From: Actinomycetota bacterium
GTDB lineage: Bacteria; Actinomycetota; Actinomycetes; Nanopelagicales; Nanopelagicaceae
DNA length: 55,632 bases
NCBI GenBank assembly: GCA_009699375.1
Contig: WLOF01000001.1
Span: 1 to 55,632, forward strand
Reading direction: 5' to 3'
Shown: one piece after another, positions 29,870 to 38,843 of the stretch
Position numbering within the stretch: the first letter of the stretch is position 1
Layout: the number at the start of each line of letters is the position of its first letter
Position numbers and translations under genes: made by a program
The notes under the pieces: generated by a model
The model's input: the letters and a program-made list of their open reading frames with translations, nothing else
Database searches by the model: none
What the model was told of the DNA's origin: nothing

Positions 29870-30340
29870 CTCTTTGAGGATCTCCTCAATTGCGTCGCCT
29901 AATTCACTTCGTAGGTAATCTCTGGTTGCAACTTCACCCAGTGCAATACGCAAGCTAGCAAGCTCTCGGGTGAGGTATTCCGTGTCAGCGATGTTTCGTT
30001 CGTTACGAGCGCGATCTTCACTAAATTGAATTCTGTCGCGGTCGGTTTGCCGGTTCTGGGCTAACAAAATTAACGGCGCAGCATATGAAGCCTGAAGTGA
30101 GAGTATGAGAGTGAGGAAAATAAATGGGTAATCATCAAATCGAAGATTGTGTGGAGCAAGTGAATTCCACAACGCCCAAGCAAGCACAAAGACAGTCATG
30201 TAAACAAGGAAGCGTGCTGTTCCAAGGAAGCGTGCGAAACGCTCTGACAAACGTCCAAAAGTTTCAGGATCAAAATTTGGACGTAGGGTGCGACGTGTCT
30301 CGCGTGGAGTATCTAAACTATTTGAACGAGCCATTTTCAC
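29837..30340 (-). CDS. DUF1003 domain membrane protein (Rv1231c-like)
   Basis: 167 aa. Two hydrophobic helices followed by the LLAQNRQTDRDR motif and a coiled C-terminus. ATGA-coupled to the upstream MgtE-N/CBS gene. The 3' end overlaps mrp by 33 nt. Confidence 0.8.
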   Translation of the reverse strand: MKMARSNSLDTPRETRRTLRPNFDPETFGRLSERFARFLGTARFLVYMTVFVLAWALWNSLAPHNLRFDDYPFIFLTLILSLQASYAAPLILLAQNRQTDRDRIQFSEDRARNERNIADTEYLTRELASLRIALGEVATRDYLRSELGDAIEEILKELRKKPQSDAD

Positions 30341-31617
30341 ACCTCCAAATTCGTTTTTGAAATCGATTGAGCCACATTGCTATGAGTGTGCCGCCAATTT
30401 TCAGGTAACAAGTGGTCAAGTACGTCGTCAACAGTAATTGCCCCGAGTAATCGATCATTTGAATCGACAACTGGGACTGAAAGTAAGTTGTAACTAGCTA
30501 AGTATGAGGCAACGGTATTGAGGGATGCATCAGGATTTAAGGCCTGCGTATCTGTGTCAACAATGGAACCCAAGAGATTTGCTGGCGGTTCGCGAAGTAG
30601 ACGTTGCAAGTGGGCTATCCCGATGAATCGACCAGTTGGCGTCTCAAGCGGTGAACGACAAACATAGACTTGCGAAGCAAGTGCTGGAGATATCTCACTT
30701 TGCCGTACTGCGGCTAGCGCTTCGGCAATAGTTGCATCTGCAGTAAGAACAATGGGTTCGGTAGTCATCATTCCGCCAGCGGAATAATCTTCATAGTTCA
30801 TTAAGCGCAAAACATCTTCTGCGTCTTCAGGTTCCATGAGTTCAATCAGGGCTTGAGCTCGCTCATCACCAATTTCTCTCAACAAATCTGCTGCATCATC
30901 TGGATCCATCTCGCCCAGGACATCTGCTGCACGCTCTCCTTCAAGTTCGGCAAGAAGAGATACGCGAGCGCTCTCGTCCATTTCTTCCAGAACATCTGCA
31001 AGACGCTCGTCATCTAATCCGCGGGCCACTTCAACTCGACGTTTTGGTGCAAGATCGTGTAACACTGCAGCCAAGTCAGCAGCGCGCAGAGTGCTGAGCG
31101 TTGAAAGAAGATTGAGAACACCTTGATCTTTTTCTATGATGGCAAATCCTGCTAAATCTTCCCAAGCAAGTGTTGATGTCGCACCTTTGCGGCGAATTCC
31201 GCGTCCTTTGCGCATGATATGAACTCGGGTAATTAACCAATCCCCAGAACGATTAAGTTCCATTCCCATATCTTCGACAACGACAGGTTCATTGTTTTCA
31301 ACAATTGTGATTGAGCGATCGAGAAGTTCACCTAAAACAAGTATCTCTCCCGGACGTGTATCGAATCTGCGCATATTGAGAAGTCCTGTAATTACTACTG
31401 CGCCACTTTCAATTGACGTTACACGAGTAATAGGTACAAATACTTTACGGCGCAATGGAACTTCAACGACAAGCCCAAGAATTCGTGGAGGTTGATTATT
31501 TGTACGAAGGGTTGCGACAGCATCTCGCACCTTTCCTACTGGATCACCATTTGGGTCAAAGACCGCAGTGCCAGCCAGACGGGCGAGAAACACACGATTA
31601 ATCTGGTTTCCGCTCAT
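30337..31617 (-). CDS. PRC-barrel + MgtE N-terminal domain + CBS pair protein without a membrane domain (Rv1232c-like)
   Basis: 426 aa. The acidic MgtE_N repeat region (LADVLEEMDE, ERAADVLGEMDPDDAADLL) is followed by two CBS-like segments. No hydrophobic C-terminal transporter domain. Confidence 0.8.
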   Translation of the reverse strand: MSGNQINRVFLARLAGTAVFDPNGDPVGKVRDAVATLRTNNQPPRILGLVVEVPLRRKVFVPITRVTSIESGAVVITGLLNMRRFDTRPGEILVLGELLDRSITIVENNEPVVVEDMGMELNRSGDWLITRVHIMRKGRGIRRKGATSTLAWEDLAGFAIIEKDQGVLNLLSTLSTLRAADLAAVLHDLAPKRRVEVARGLDDERLADVLEEMDESARVSLLAELEGERAADVLGEMDPDDAADLLREIGDERAQALIELMEPEDAEDVLRLMNYEDYSAGGMMTTEPIVLTADATIAEALAAVRQSEISPALASQVYVCRSPLETPTGRFIGIAHLQRLLREPPANLLGSIVDTDTQALNPDASLNTVASYLASYNLLSVPVVDSNDRLLGAITVDDVLDHLLPENWRHTHSNVAQSISKTNLEV

Positions 31618-31688
31618 GCGCTTAGGGTATCGGCTCGCCTGAATACTCTGCAGAGGTATTTATGCTCGGAACTCGATAGTTTTAGACA

Positions 31689-32609
31689 ATGGGGTCAAAG
31701 AATGCGGATAGTGATCGAATCTCTAGCCATATAGAAATCCCAGCCCGCCCGGACCTGGTTCGTTTGGGAATCGGCATCATCGGCATAGGAACATCTGGCC
31801 CATTAATTGCTATGAGCGTTATGCCAATTCCAGCGCTGATATTTTGGAGAAATCTCGGGGGAGCGCTGTTGCTCGCTCCATTTGCTATTAAACATAAACA
31901 GTGGCGACATCGAACAGGTATGAAATGGTCAGTGCTTGCAGGAGTTTTGTTAGCACTTCATTTTCTTGGATTTTTTCTAGCGATGCGCTGGACGAGTGTG
32001 GCAACTGGAACTGCAATGGTTGCTTTGCAGCCAATATTTGCGGCCCTCTTTGTAAAACTTACAGGCGACCACATTCCTTCGCGGGCATGGTTTGGAATGG
32101 GAGTGAGCTTCTGTGGAGTACTTCTCGTTTCCGGGATTGATCTACATTTTTCATTTCGCTCCTTCATGGGTGATTTGGCCTCATTAATATCTGCTGCGCT
32201 CGCAGCACTTTATGTCATGGCAGGTTCGCGCGCTCGAGAAACTATGGAAAATACTTCATATACAACCGTTTGCTATTTGGTTTGCGCACTGAGTATTTTG
32301 CCAATCGTATTTCTAACAGGAGATGCAGTGATTAATTTCCCACCTCGCGAGTGGTTAATCGTTTTGGGATTAGTTGTTGGCGCTCAACTTTTGGGACACA
32401 CGATGTTCAACTCAGCTTTAAAGCGCGTCTCACCAGCCATTGTTTCGCTGATTGTCTTCTTTGAAGTTCCAGTGGGTGCTTTGTTGGCGCTGTGGTGGCT
32501 CAACCAACAACCGCCACTAGGAGTTGTTCCGGGAATCATCATTATTTTAATTGGTTGCGCACTCGTAGTTTTGCGCTCTCGTCCAAGTAAGGAAAATTTA
32601 CCCTCGTGA
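31689..32609 (+). CDS. EamA/DMT family transporter
   Basis: 306 aa with about 10 hydrophobic helices arranged as two EamA-like halves. Confidence 0.75.
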   Translation: MGSKNADSDRISSHIEIPARPDLVRLGIGIIGIGTSGPLIAMSVMPIPALIFWRNLGGALLLAPFAIKHKQWRHRTGMKWSVLAGVLLALHFLGFFLAMRWTSVATGTAMVALQPIFAALFVKLTGDHIPSRAWFGMGVSFCGVLLVSGIDLHFSFRSFMGDLASLISAALAALYVMAGSRARETMENTSYTTVCYLVCALSILPIVFLTGDAVINFPPREWLIVLGLVVGAQLLGHTMFNSALKRVSPAIVSLIVFFEVPVGALLALWWLNQQPPLGVVPGIIIILIGCALVVLRSRPSKENLPS

Positions 32610-33451
32610 TTGATTTACACACGCACTCGACTTTTAGCGATGGTACGGATACCCCACGAGAGTTAATCAATTTTGCACTTTCTGCAGGCATTACGACTCT
32701 TGCATTGACCGATCACGATTCAATTGCAGGCTGGGAAGAGGCAAAACAATCAGTTCGCGGAAATCTTTCACTTGTGCTCGGCGCAGAAATTTCCTGTCTT
32801 ACCTCTGATGGAATAAGTGTTCATATGCTCGGGCTGCTTTTTGATGGAGCGAATGCAAAGATGGCGCAAATGCTCTCTGAAACGCGCGACAGCAGAATTC
32901 CACGTATGAAGAAGATGATAGAACTCCTTAATAATGAAGGAATTGATATCACGATGGAGGATGTCCTCAATGTGGTTGCTGACGGGGCTACTGTCGGAAG
33001 GCCGCATTTAGCAGATGCGCTAGTTGCTCGAGGATTTATTGCTTCTCGCAATGAAGCATTTGATGGTCTGCTCAACAATGATTCAAAATTTTATGTCTCA
33101 CATCTAGCGCCAACTCCGGAAGTTGCGATTGCACAAATTAAAGAAGCAGGGGGAGTTTCGGTTATTGCGCATCCGTTTGCTTCGTTTCGAGGAGCAACCC
33201 TAGAGTTGGATGCATTCGAGCCATTAGTTAAAGCTGGTCTTAACGGAATTGAAGTCAATCATCGCGATCAGACAGAAACTGAAAGGCTGCAATTGCTAGA
33301 TATAGCAAAAGGAATGAGCCTTGTTATAACTGGCTCAAGTGACTATCACGGAGCGGGAAAACTTAATTCACTTGGCGAGAACTCCACGGATCCGAGACAA
33401 TGGGAACTCTTAGAAGCGATGGCCGACCAGCGAAGGGTAGTGAAGCAATGA
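32606..33451 (+). CDS. PHP domain metal-dependent phosphoesterase (TrpH/YciV-like)
   Basis: MIDLHTHSTFSDGT, ALTDHDS and SDYHG motifs. GTGA overlap with the EamA stop. Confidence 0.85.
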   Translation: MIDLHTHSTFSDGTDTPRELINFALSAGITTLALTDHDSIAGWEEAKQSVRGNLSLVLGAEISCLTSDGISVHMLGLLFDGANAKMAQMLSETRDSRIPRMKKMIELLNNEGIDITMEDVLNVVADGATVGRPHLADALVARGFIASRNEAFDGLLNNDSKFYVSHLAPTPEVAIAQIKEAGGVSVIAHPFASFRGATLELDAFEPLVKAGLNGIEVNHRDQTETERLQLLDIAKGMSLVITGSSDYHGAGKLNSLGENSTDPRQWELLEAMADQRRVVKQ

Positions 33452-34068
33452 ATCTCAATTCAGTGAGTGCGTTCACCTTTGCGGTACAAGCATTTGTCAC
33501 ACTATTTGTCATTATGGATCCACCTGGTGTAACTCCAATATTTTTAGCTCTCGTTGCAGATAAATCAGAAAAAGTTCGCAGGCGTTTAGCATGGCAAGCC
33601 GCAAGCGTTTCATTCCTGGTCATAGCTTTATTTGCTCTCTTTGGCCGATTCATTCTTAACTATCTCAATGTTTCAATTGCCGCACTACAAGCAGCCGGTG
33701 GACTTTTACTTCTTCTTGTTGCCCTTGAACTTCTTACCGATAAGAGGGATGAATCTGTAGATGCGTCAGATGCCAATATTGCCTTGGTTCCACTCGGCAC
33801 GCCATTGCTTGCAGGCCCTGGTGCAATAGTTGCCACGATGATATTTGTACAGCGTGTGCACACACCATCATTTGCAATTGGATTAGTTGTGGCAGTCATA
33901 GCAGTTCACTTAGCCATTGCCTTGGCGTTACTTTCCTCGACAACTATTTTGAAAGTTATTCGTCCTGCCGGAGTCACGTTAGTAGCCCGCATTGCAGGTC
34001 TCCTACTTGCAGCGATTGCGGTGCAAATGGTTGTTGACGCAGTGAAGGCATTCTCCACCTCATGGTAA
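33448..34068 (+). CDS. MarC family (UPF0056) integral membrane protein
   Basis: FVIMDPPGVTPIFL and PLGTPLLAGPGAI motifs. Start at ATG 33448 forms an ATGA overlap with the PHP stop. Confidence 0.85.
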   Translation: MNLNSVSAFTFAVQAFVTLFVIMDPPGVTPIFLALVADKSEKVRRRLAWQAASVSFLVIALFALFGRFILNYLNVSIAALQAAGGLLLLLVALELLTDKRDESVDASDANIALVPLGTPLLAGPGAIVATMIFVQRVHTPSFAIGLVVAVIAVHLAIALALLSSTTILKVIRPAGVTLVARIAGLLLAAIAVQMVVDAVKAFSTSW

Positions 34069-34847
34069 ACGGACTCTTTTCACCAGAATCCATCGCCTGG
34101 AGAATCCACTCCGATCCAGCGATGTTGGCTGGCGGTATTCGAGCACTTTTGCAGCAAGCGCTACACCCAGATGCAATGGATGGGGTCGCAAAAAATTCTA
34201 ACTTTCGTGAAGATGCCTGGGGAAGATTGCAACGTACAGGTGATTATGTTTCTACTCTAACTTTCGGAACCGTCGAAGAAGCAAACGGATTAGCTTCTCG
34301 AGTGCGCAGTGTTCATTCGAAGTTGGGCGTTGATGTACCTACATTATTATTGTGGGTACACATGTCCATGGTCGATTCCTTTTTAGATTGTGCTGTTCGC
34401 TCGGGAATGGCTCTCACCGATAATGAGCAAGATCAATATCTGAAAGAAATGGTCACCTTCGCGACTTTAGTTGGAATTTCACAGGAGAAAGTTCCTTCAA
34501 CTCGTGAAGAAATGACCAAGTATTTTCAAGAGATCGCCCCGCAATTGCGAGCTTCAGATGATGCAAAGCGTGCAGCACTCTTTCTGACTATTCCACCACT
34601 TCCTAATGTTGTGCGGTTTGCAACACCGGCCGCTCCAATGTGGGCGACTCTTTCAACGCTTGCCGGTTCATCACTTCCGTTGTGGGCGCGTAAACTTTAT
34701 GGCTGGCCATCATTACCAGGCCATGTGGTCGCTACAAACATCGCACTTCGTACAACACGTTCGACCTTGATGTTGTTACCTCAATCATTGATGGAGCCAC
34801 CCATTCTTAAAGAGGCGAAAAAACGTTGGGGATTGGTGAGCGCATGA
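34062..34847 (+). CDS. DUF2236 / MpaB-family oxygenase-like protein
   Basis: 261 aa. SIAWRIHSDPAMLAGGIRALLQQALHP is a typical DUF2236 N-terminus. Confidence 0.75.
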   Translation: MVNGLFSPESIAWRIHSDPAMLAGGIRALLQQALHPDAMDGVAKNSNFREDAWGRLQRTGDYVSTLTFGTVEEANGLASRVRSVHSKLGVDVPTLLLWVHMSMVDSFLDCAVRSGMALTDNEQDQYLKEMVTFATLVGISQEKVPSTREEMTKYFQEIAPQLRASDDAKRAALFLTIPPLPNVVRFATPAAPMWATLSTLAGSSLPLWARKLYGWPSLPGHVVATNIALRTTRSTLMLLPQSLMEPPILKEAKKRWGLVSA

Positions 34848-35539
34848 GCCACGTTGTAGCTATTGCGAATCTCGCTGGAGGCACCACTAAAACAACAACA
34901 GTTCGTAATCTTGCTGTTGCCTTTGCTGAGTACGGGAAAAAAGTACTGGTAGTCGATGTTGATCCTAAGAGTGATCTCACTTTTGCATTAGGCGGCGAGT
35001 TATCCAGAGTTACCATTTCTGAATTATTATCGCGAAAGTCTTCGATTGATTCAGGAATCGTTTCAACATCTGAAAGGTTTGATTACATCCCAGGCTCATC
35101 AAGTGTGGACAGCTTTGCAAGTGCAAGCGCGTTTAACCACCTCATGGGTGAATTCGCTAGTAAGTACGACCTAGTTGTTTTAGATACGCCATCAACACCA
35201 ACACAAGGACTTTTTATGGCACTTGAGGTTGCAGATTCAATTCTGTACCCGATGCCTCTGACAAATTCATCTTTTCGCGGGGCTCATCGAATCCGCACCA
35301 TAGTTAAAGACAAATTACAGATGGCTTTCATTAAGCTAGATGGTTTTAGAAATTTAGTATTAGAAAAAGAGATTGCTGCAGATTTTGATCTCCTAGATTG
35401 TGAAATCCTTGAATCTCAGGATTTGCGAGAGAACGAGAACTCTTCTTCTAGCGTTCTTGTAGTTTCGAAAAATTCACCAATTGCTGGCAACTATCGTGAA
35501 CTTGCATACTCTATTCTGGAAAAACTTCACCTTATTTAG
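34844..35539 (+). CDS. ParA/Soj-like protein with degenerate Walker A motif
   Basis: VVAIANLAGGTTKTTTVRNLAVAFAEYGKKVLVVDVDPKSD aligns to ParA xNQKGGVGKTTT...DLDPQ. The signature Lys is Ala and the P-loop Gly preceding the Lys is Thr. Start at ATG 34844 (ATGA overlap). Position next to the DEAD helicase as in the mycobacterial Rv3211-Rv3213c block. Confidence 0.75.
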   Translation: MSHVVAIANLAGGTTKTTTVRNLAVAFAEYGKKVLVVDVDPKSDLTFALGGELSRVTISELLSRKSSIDSGIVSTSERFDYIPGSSSVDSFASASAFNHLMGEFASKYDLVVLDTPSTPTQGLFMALEVADSILYPMPLTNSSFRGAHRIRTIVKDKLQMAFIKLDGFRNLVLEKEIAADFDLLDCEILESQDLRENENSSSSVLVVSKNSPIAGNYRELAYSILEKLHLI

Positions 35540-36903
35540 CTTTCTTTAAACTTCTTATTTCTTGTTCTTGTTCTTGGAGGCTTAGTCTCAGGCGCTTTAG
35601 TTGCGGTGCTCTTACCTGTAGATCTTCCGCGGGTCTCCTTTGATTTTTCACGATGTTGGTTTTGTGTTTCCACAATGGCACTTGCTGGTTTCAATCTACC
35701 CGTGGAACCTTGAGGAATTTTCATCAGTGTAAATAGATGGTCAGATGAGGAATAAGTTTCAATAGGTTCAGCTAGACCGAGTTTGAGCGATTGATTAATC
35801 AAACTCCATCGAGACATATCGTCCCAATCAACAAAAGTTACGCCGATACCGTGGGCACCTGCACGTGCTGTTCGACCAATTCTGTGAACGTAGGTTTTAT
35901 CATCTTCTGGGCATTGGTAATTAATTACGTGTGTAATACCGTCAATATCAATGCCACGAGCAGCAACATCTGTAGCAACGAGTACGTCAGATTTTCCAGC
36001 TTTGAAATCTGATAGCGCGCGTTCTCTTGCGCTTTGTCCTAAGTCTCCATGAATTGCTGCAGCTTTAAAACCACGCTCAAGAAGATCATCTGCTGTTTTC
36101 TGACATGTTCTCTTAGTCCTACAGAAAACCATTGTTGGTCCACGACCATCGGCTTGCAAAATTCTGGCAAGCATCTCAATCTTGTCTAGGGCATGTGCTC
36201 GCATAATATGTTGTTCTACGCGTGACACGACAGCGCTTTCATCATCGTTTTCTTGCGTTCGAATATGCACTGGTTGAGACATGAATCGTCTAGCGAGGGC
36301 AATGATGTCCCCTGGCATAGTTGCCGAGAAAAGCATTGTCTGCTGACGTGCGGGAGTGCTTGTAAATATCTTTTCTACATCTGGCAAGAATCCTAAATCC
36401 AACATTTCGTCTGCTTCGTCTAATACCAATCGTGCAACTTTGCTGAGTTTTAATTGACCTTGACGATAAAGATCAAGAAGCCTTCCAGGCGTACCCACAA
36501 CTATTTCTACTCCGGACTGCAACTGCTCGATTTGTGGTTCAAATGCGCGACCACCGTAAACAGCCAAAACTCTGATTCCACGAGTACTTGCTAACTCTTG
36601 AATATCCTTTGCCACTTGCACACAAAGTTCGCGAGTGGGGACAACAACTAGTGCCTGTGGAAGATTTCCATCAAGAAAATCTTTCCATTCTGGGTCAAGC
36701 GGAGCAATAACTCGTTCCACTAACGGAATTCCAAAAGCTAGAGTTTTACCAGTTCCTGTTTTCGCTTGACCAATGACATCCCCATCTGCAAGCGCGATCG
36801 GTAAAACCATTTCTTGAATAGCAAATGGAGCGCTAAAACCATGAAGTGTGAGCGCTTCAATCGTGGACTGTCTAAGCGGAAGTTCTGCAAAAGTTTTGCT
36901 CAC
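35536..36903 (-). CDS. rhlE: DEAD-box ATP-dependent RNA helicase (RhlE-like) with basic C-terminal tail
   Basis: Q-motif region, AKTGTGKT, DEAD, SAT and HRIGRTARAG motifs. Lys/Arg-rich tail. Confidence 0.92.
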   Translation of the reverse strand: MSKTFAELPLRQSTIEALTLHGFSAPFAIQEMVLPIALADGDVIGQAKTGTGKTLAFGIPLVERVIAPLDPEWKDFLDGNLPQALVVVPTRELCVQVAKDIQELASTRGIRVLAVYGGRAFEPQIEQLQSGVEIVVGTPGRLLDLYRQGQLKLSKVARLVLDEADEMLDLGFLPDVEKIFTSTPARQQTMLFSATMPGDIIALARRFMSQPVHIRTQENDDESAVVSRVEQHIMRAHALDKIEMLARILQADGRGPTMVFCRTKRTCQKTADDLLERGFKAAAIHGDLGQSARERALSDFKAGKSDVLVATDVAARGIDIDGITHVINYQCPEDDKTYVHRIGRTARAGAHGIGVTFVDWDDMSRWSLINQSLKLGLAEPIETYSSSDHLFTLMKIPQGSTGRLKPASAIVETQNQHREKSKETRGRSTGKSTATKAPETKPPRTRTRNKKFKES

Positions 36904-36904
36904 C

Positions 36905-37162
36905 TCAGAGCGTGCCGAAACCGACGCGACGCTCGGCTTGCTCGCCTATTTCAACGAAACCGATTTTGTCTGCAGGCACAATTACTTGGCCCCCACGCGA
37001 GTCATTCAAGACAAGTGGAGTCTGTGATGCAAGAGCTGTTGTTAGCGCTTGACGAATTTCGTCGCCAGAAAGTGGACAGTCGAAACTCAACTCGCGAGCT
37101 ACATTTAAAACTGCGATTCTGACTTCAACTTTTTGATTACTTGTAGATTTTTTTGTGCTCAT
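36905..37162 (-). CDS. DUF3107 domain protein
   Basis: 85 aa. VEVRIAVLNVARELSFD ... IGFVEIGE pattern. Its stop is 1 nt before the helicase start, as in other actinobacteria. Confidence 0.8.
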   Translation of the reverse strand: MSTKKSTSNQKVEVRIAVLNVARELSFDCPLSGDEIRQALTTALASQTPLVLNDSRGGQVIVPADKIGFVEIGEQAERRVGFGTL

Positions 37163-37209
37163 GTCTAAATCCTACCTAGTGAATCCACTTTCCAGCGAAT
37201 TAGAATTAT

Positions 37210-37836
37210 TTAGCGCTCCTCAGTGCGAGGAAAACCTGATATTCCACGCCACATGAGGTTTGAAACTAGATCTGTTGCCTGTTGACGAGAGAGTTTGCTA
37301 TCTCTTTCTAACCAATGTCGTGCAGTTATTTGTGCACTCCCAATAAGCCCAACACCTAAAAGCATTGCCGCTTCTTGAGGAAGTCCGGTATCGAGTGAAA
37401 TGACTGCGCTTACTGCGGCAGCACAGTCATAAGTCATGCGAGTCAAGCGTTCACGAACTGCGGGCTCGACACTCATATCGCTTTCAAACAGAAGCCTGAA
37501 AGCTTCACCTTCACTTTCAATAAAATTAAAGTAAGCCACAACCGTTGCACGAACGCGATTTGAATTCTCTGGCGTGGAAGCAATTGCTTTTTGAATTTCA
37601 AAAACGAGTGAGTCGATATGAATATCCAAGACTGCAAGATACAAATCCAACTTAGAAGGAAAATGTTGGTAGAGCACGGGCTTGCTGACTCCAGCTCGGT
37701 CTGCAATCTCATCCATTGCCGCCGAGTGATAACCCGCAGCGGTGAAGACTTCAAGAGCAGCTGCTAGAAGTTGAGCGCGCCTTTCGTCTCGGGGGAGGCG
37801 AGCCTTCGGGTCATTGCGTGCATCTGTTGTACTCAT
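37210..37836 (-). CDS. TetR/AcrR family transcriptional regulator
   Basis: RRAQLLAAALEVFTAAGYHSAAMDEIADRAGVSKPVLYQHFPSK is a TetR HTH. Start at ATG 37836 (MSTTDARNDP). The track's extension to 37920 runs through the tandem repeat and has no homology support. Confidence 0.85.
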   Translation of the reverse strand: MSTTDARNDPKARLPRDERRAQLLAAALEVFTAAGYHSAAMDEIADRAGVSKPVLYQHFPSKLDLYLAVLDIHIDSLVFEIQKAIASTPENSNRVRATVVAYFNFIESEGEAFRLLFESDMSVEPAVRERLTRMTYDCAAAVSAVISLDTGLPQEAAMLLGVGLIGSAQITARHWLERDSKLSRQQATDLVSNLMWRGISGFPRTEER

Positions 37837-37898
37837 CGGAGATATCGTAATGGGAAAGTCGCAAAATATGTTCAATTGTGGTGACTTCAACTGATCCA

Positions 37899-37955
37899 CA
37901 CTACGACTTGAGTAAAGCACTACGACTTGAGTAAAGCACTGGGACTTGAGTAAGG
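37899..37955. repeat. three tandem 19-bp direct repeats (CACTACGACTTGAGTAAAG x2 identical, then CACTGGGACTTGAGTAAGG)
   Basis: Read directly. Units lie at 37899-37917, 37918-37936 (identical) and 37937-37955 (3 substitutions), followed by a partial CAC. They sit in the tetR/mshB divergent intergenic region and end 12 nt before the mshB ATG. Confidence 0.95.
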
Positions 37956-37967
37956 CACAATAACGTT

Positions 37968-38843
37968 ATGAATTCATTGCCCTTTTCGGGATTTAGAGCG
38001 CTTCTCGTTCACGCACACCCTGATGACGAGACAATAAATAATGGCACGACTATGGCGATGTACTCAGCTCTTGGAGCCCAAGTCACGTTGATTACATGCA
38101 CTCGGGGTGAAGAAGGTGAAGTACTTGTCCCAGGACTTTCGCACTTGGCGAGTTCTGAAAATGACACCTTAGGCGAACATCGTGAAAATGAACTTGCAGA
38201 TGCAATGAAAATTCTTGGCGTGAGTGATCATAGATTCCTTGGCGATGGGCTTATAAAATTTAGAGATAGCGGAATGATGGGAACTGAACCTAATGAGCGC
38301 CCAGATGTTTTTTGGCAAGCTGATCTAGAAAGCGCTGCTGACTTATTAGTCGAAGTTATTCATGAGATTAAACCTCACATTCTCATTACCTACGATGAAA
38401 TTGGTGGTTATGGCCACCCTGATCACATTCAAGCTCATCGAGTTGCTATGCGTGCAAGTGAAAAAGCAACAGACTGGAAAATTGAAAAGATTTATTGGAA
38501 CACCATTCCAAAATCCCTGATTGCCAAGGGAATAGAAGAAATGAAGAAGACCGGATCTGATTTCTTTGGCGCAGAGAGCGTAGATGACCTTCCATTTGCA
38601 AAAGATGATTCCTTAGTTACAACTCTTATTGATGGAAGCAAATACGTAGATTTAAAAATGAAAGCAATGGAAGCGCATGAAACTCAAATTTCTCTCGATG
38701 GACCATTTTTTGCTCTATCCAATAATCTCGGCCAGCAAATTTGGGGACAAGAGTTTTACACTTTGGTGAAAGGTATAAAAAGCGGGCCATTCGATGAAGA
38801 AGGGCGAGAGACTAACCTTTTTGCAGGTTTGAATCCTTCATGA
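37968..38843 (+). CDS. mshB: N-acetyl-1-D-myo-inosityl-2-amino-2-deoxy-alpha-D-glucopyranoside deacetylase (LmbE family)
   Basis: 291 aa. VHAHPDDE and GGYGHPDHIQAH zinc-binding motifs. Followed by a small membrane protein, as in mycobacteria (Rv1170-Rv1171). Confidence 0.85.
   Translation: MNSLPFSGFRALLVHAHPDDETINNGTTMAMYSALGAQVTLITCTRGEEGEVLVPGLSHLASSENDTLGEHRENELADAMKILGVSDHRFLGDGLIKFRDSGMMGTEPNERPDVFWQADLESAADLLVEVIHEIKPHILITYDEIGGYGHPDHIQAHRVAMRASEKATDWKIEKIYWNTIPKSLIAKGIEEMKKTGSDFFGAESVDDLPFAKDDSLVTTLIDGSKYVDLKMKAMEAHETQISLDGPFFALSNNLGQQIWGQEFYTLVKGIKSGPFDEEGRETNLFAGLNPS

Noticed and set aside
37837-37920. The ORF-track N-terminal extension of the TetR gene (start 37920), and similar long 5' extensions of add (4363), the phospho-sugar mutase (10526), accA (13034), the CoA-binding protein (18345), dapD (24011), LOG (23924), MarC (33400), ParA-like (34826), birA (15235) and the methyltransferase (26593).
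   Set aside because: The extensions overlap neighbouring genes or the tandem repeat and add residues with no homology to the families. Internal ATG/GTG starts give the typical N-termini and the ATGA/GTGA coupling seen throughout the window.
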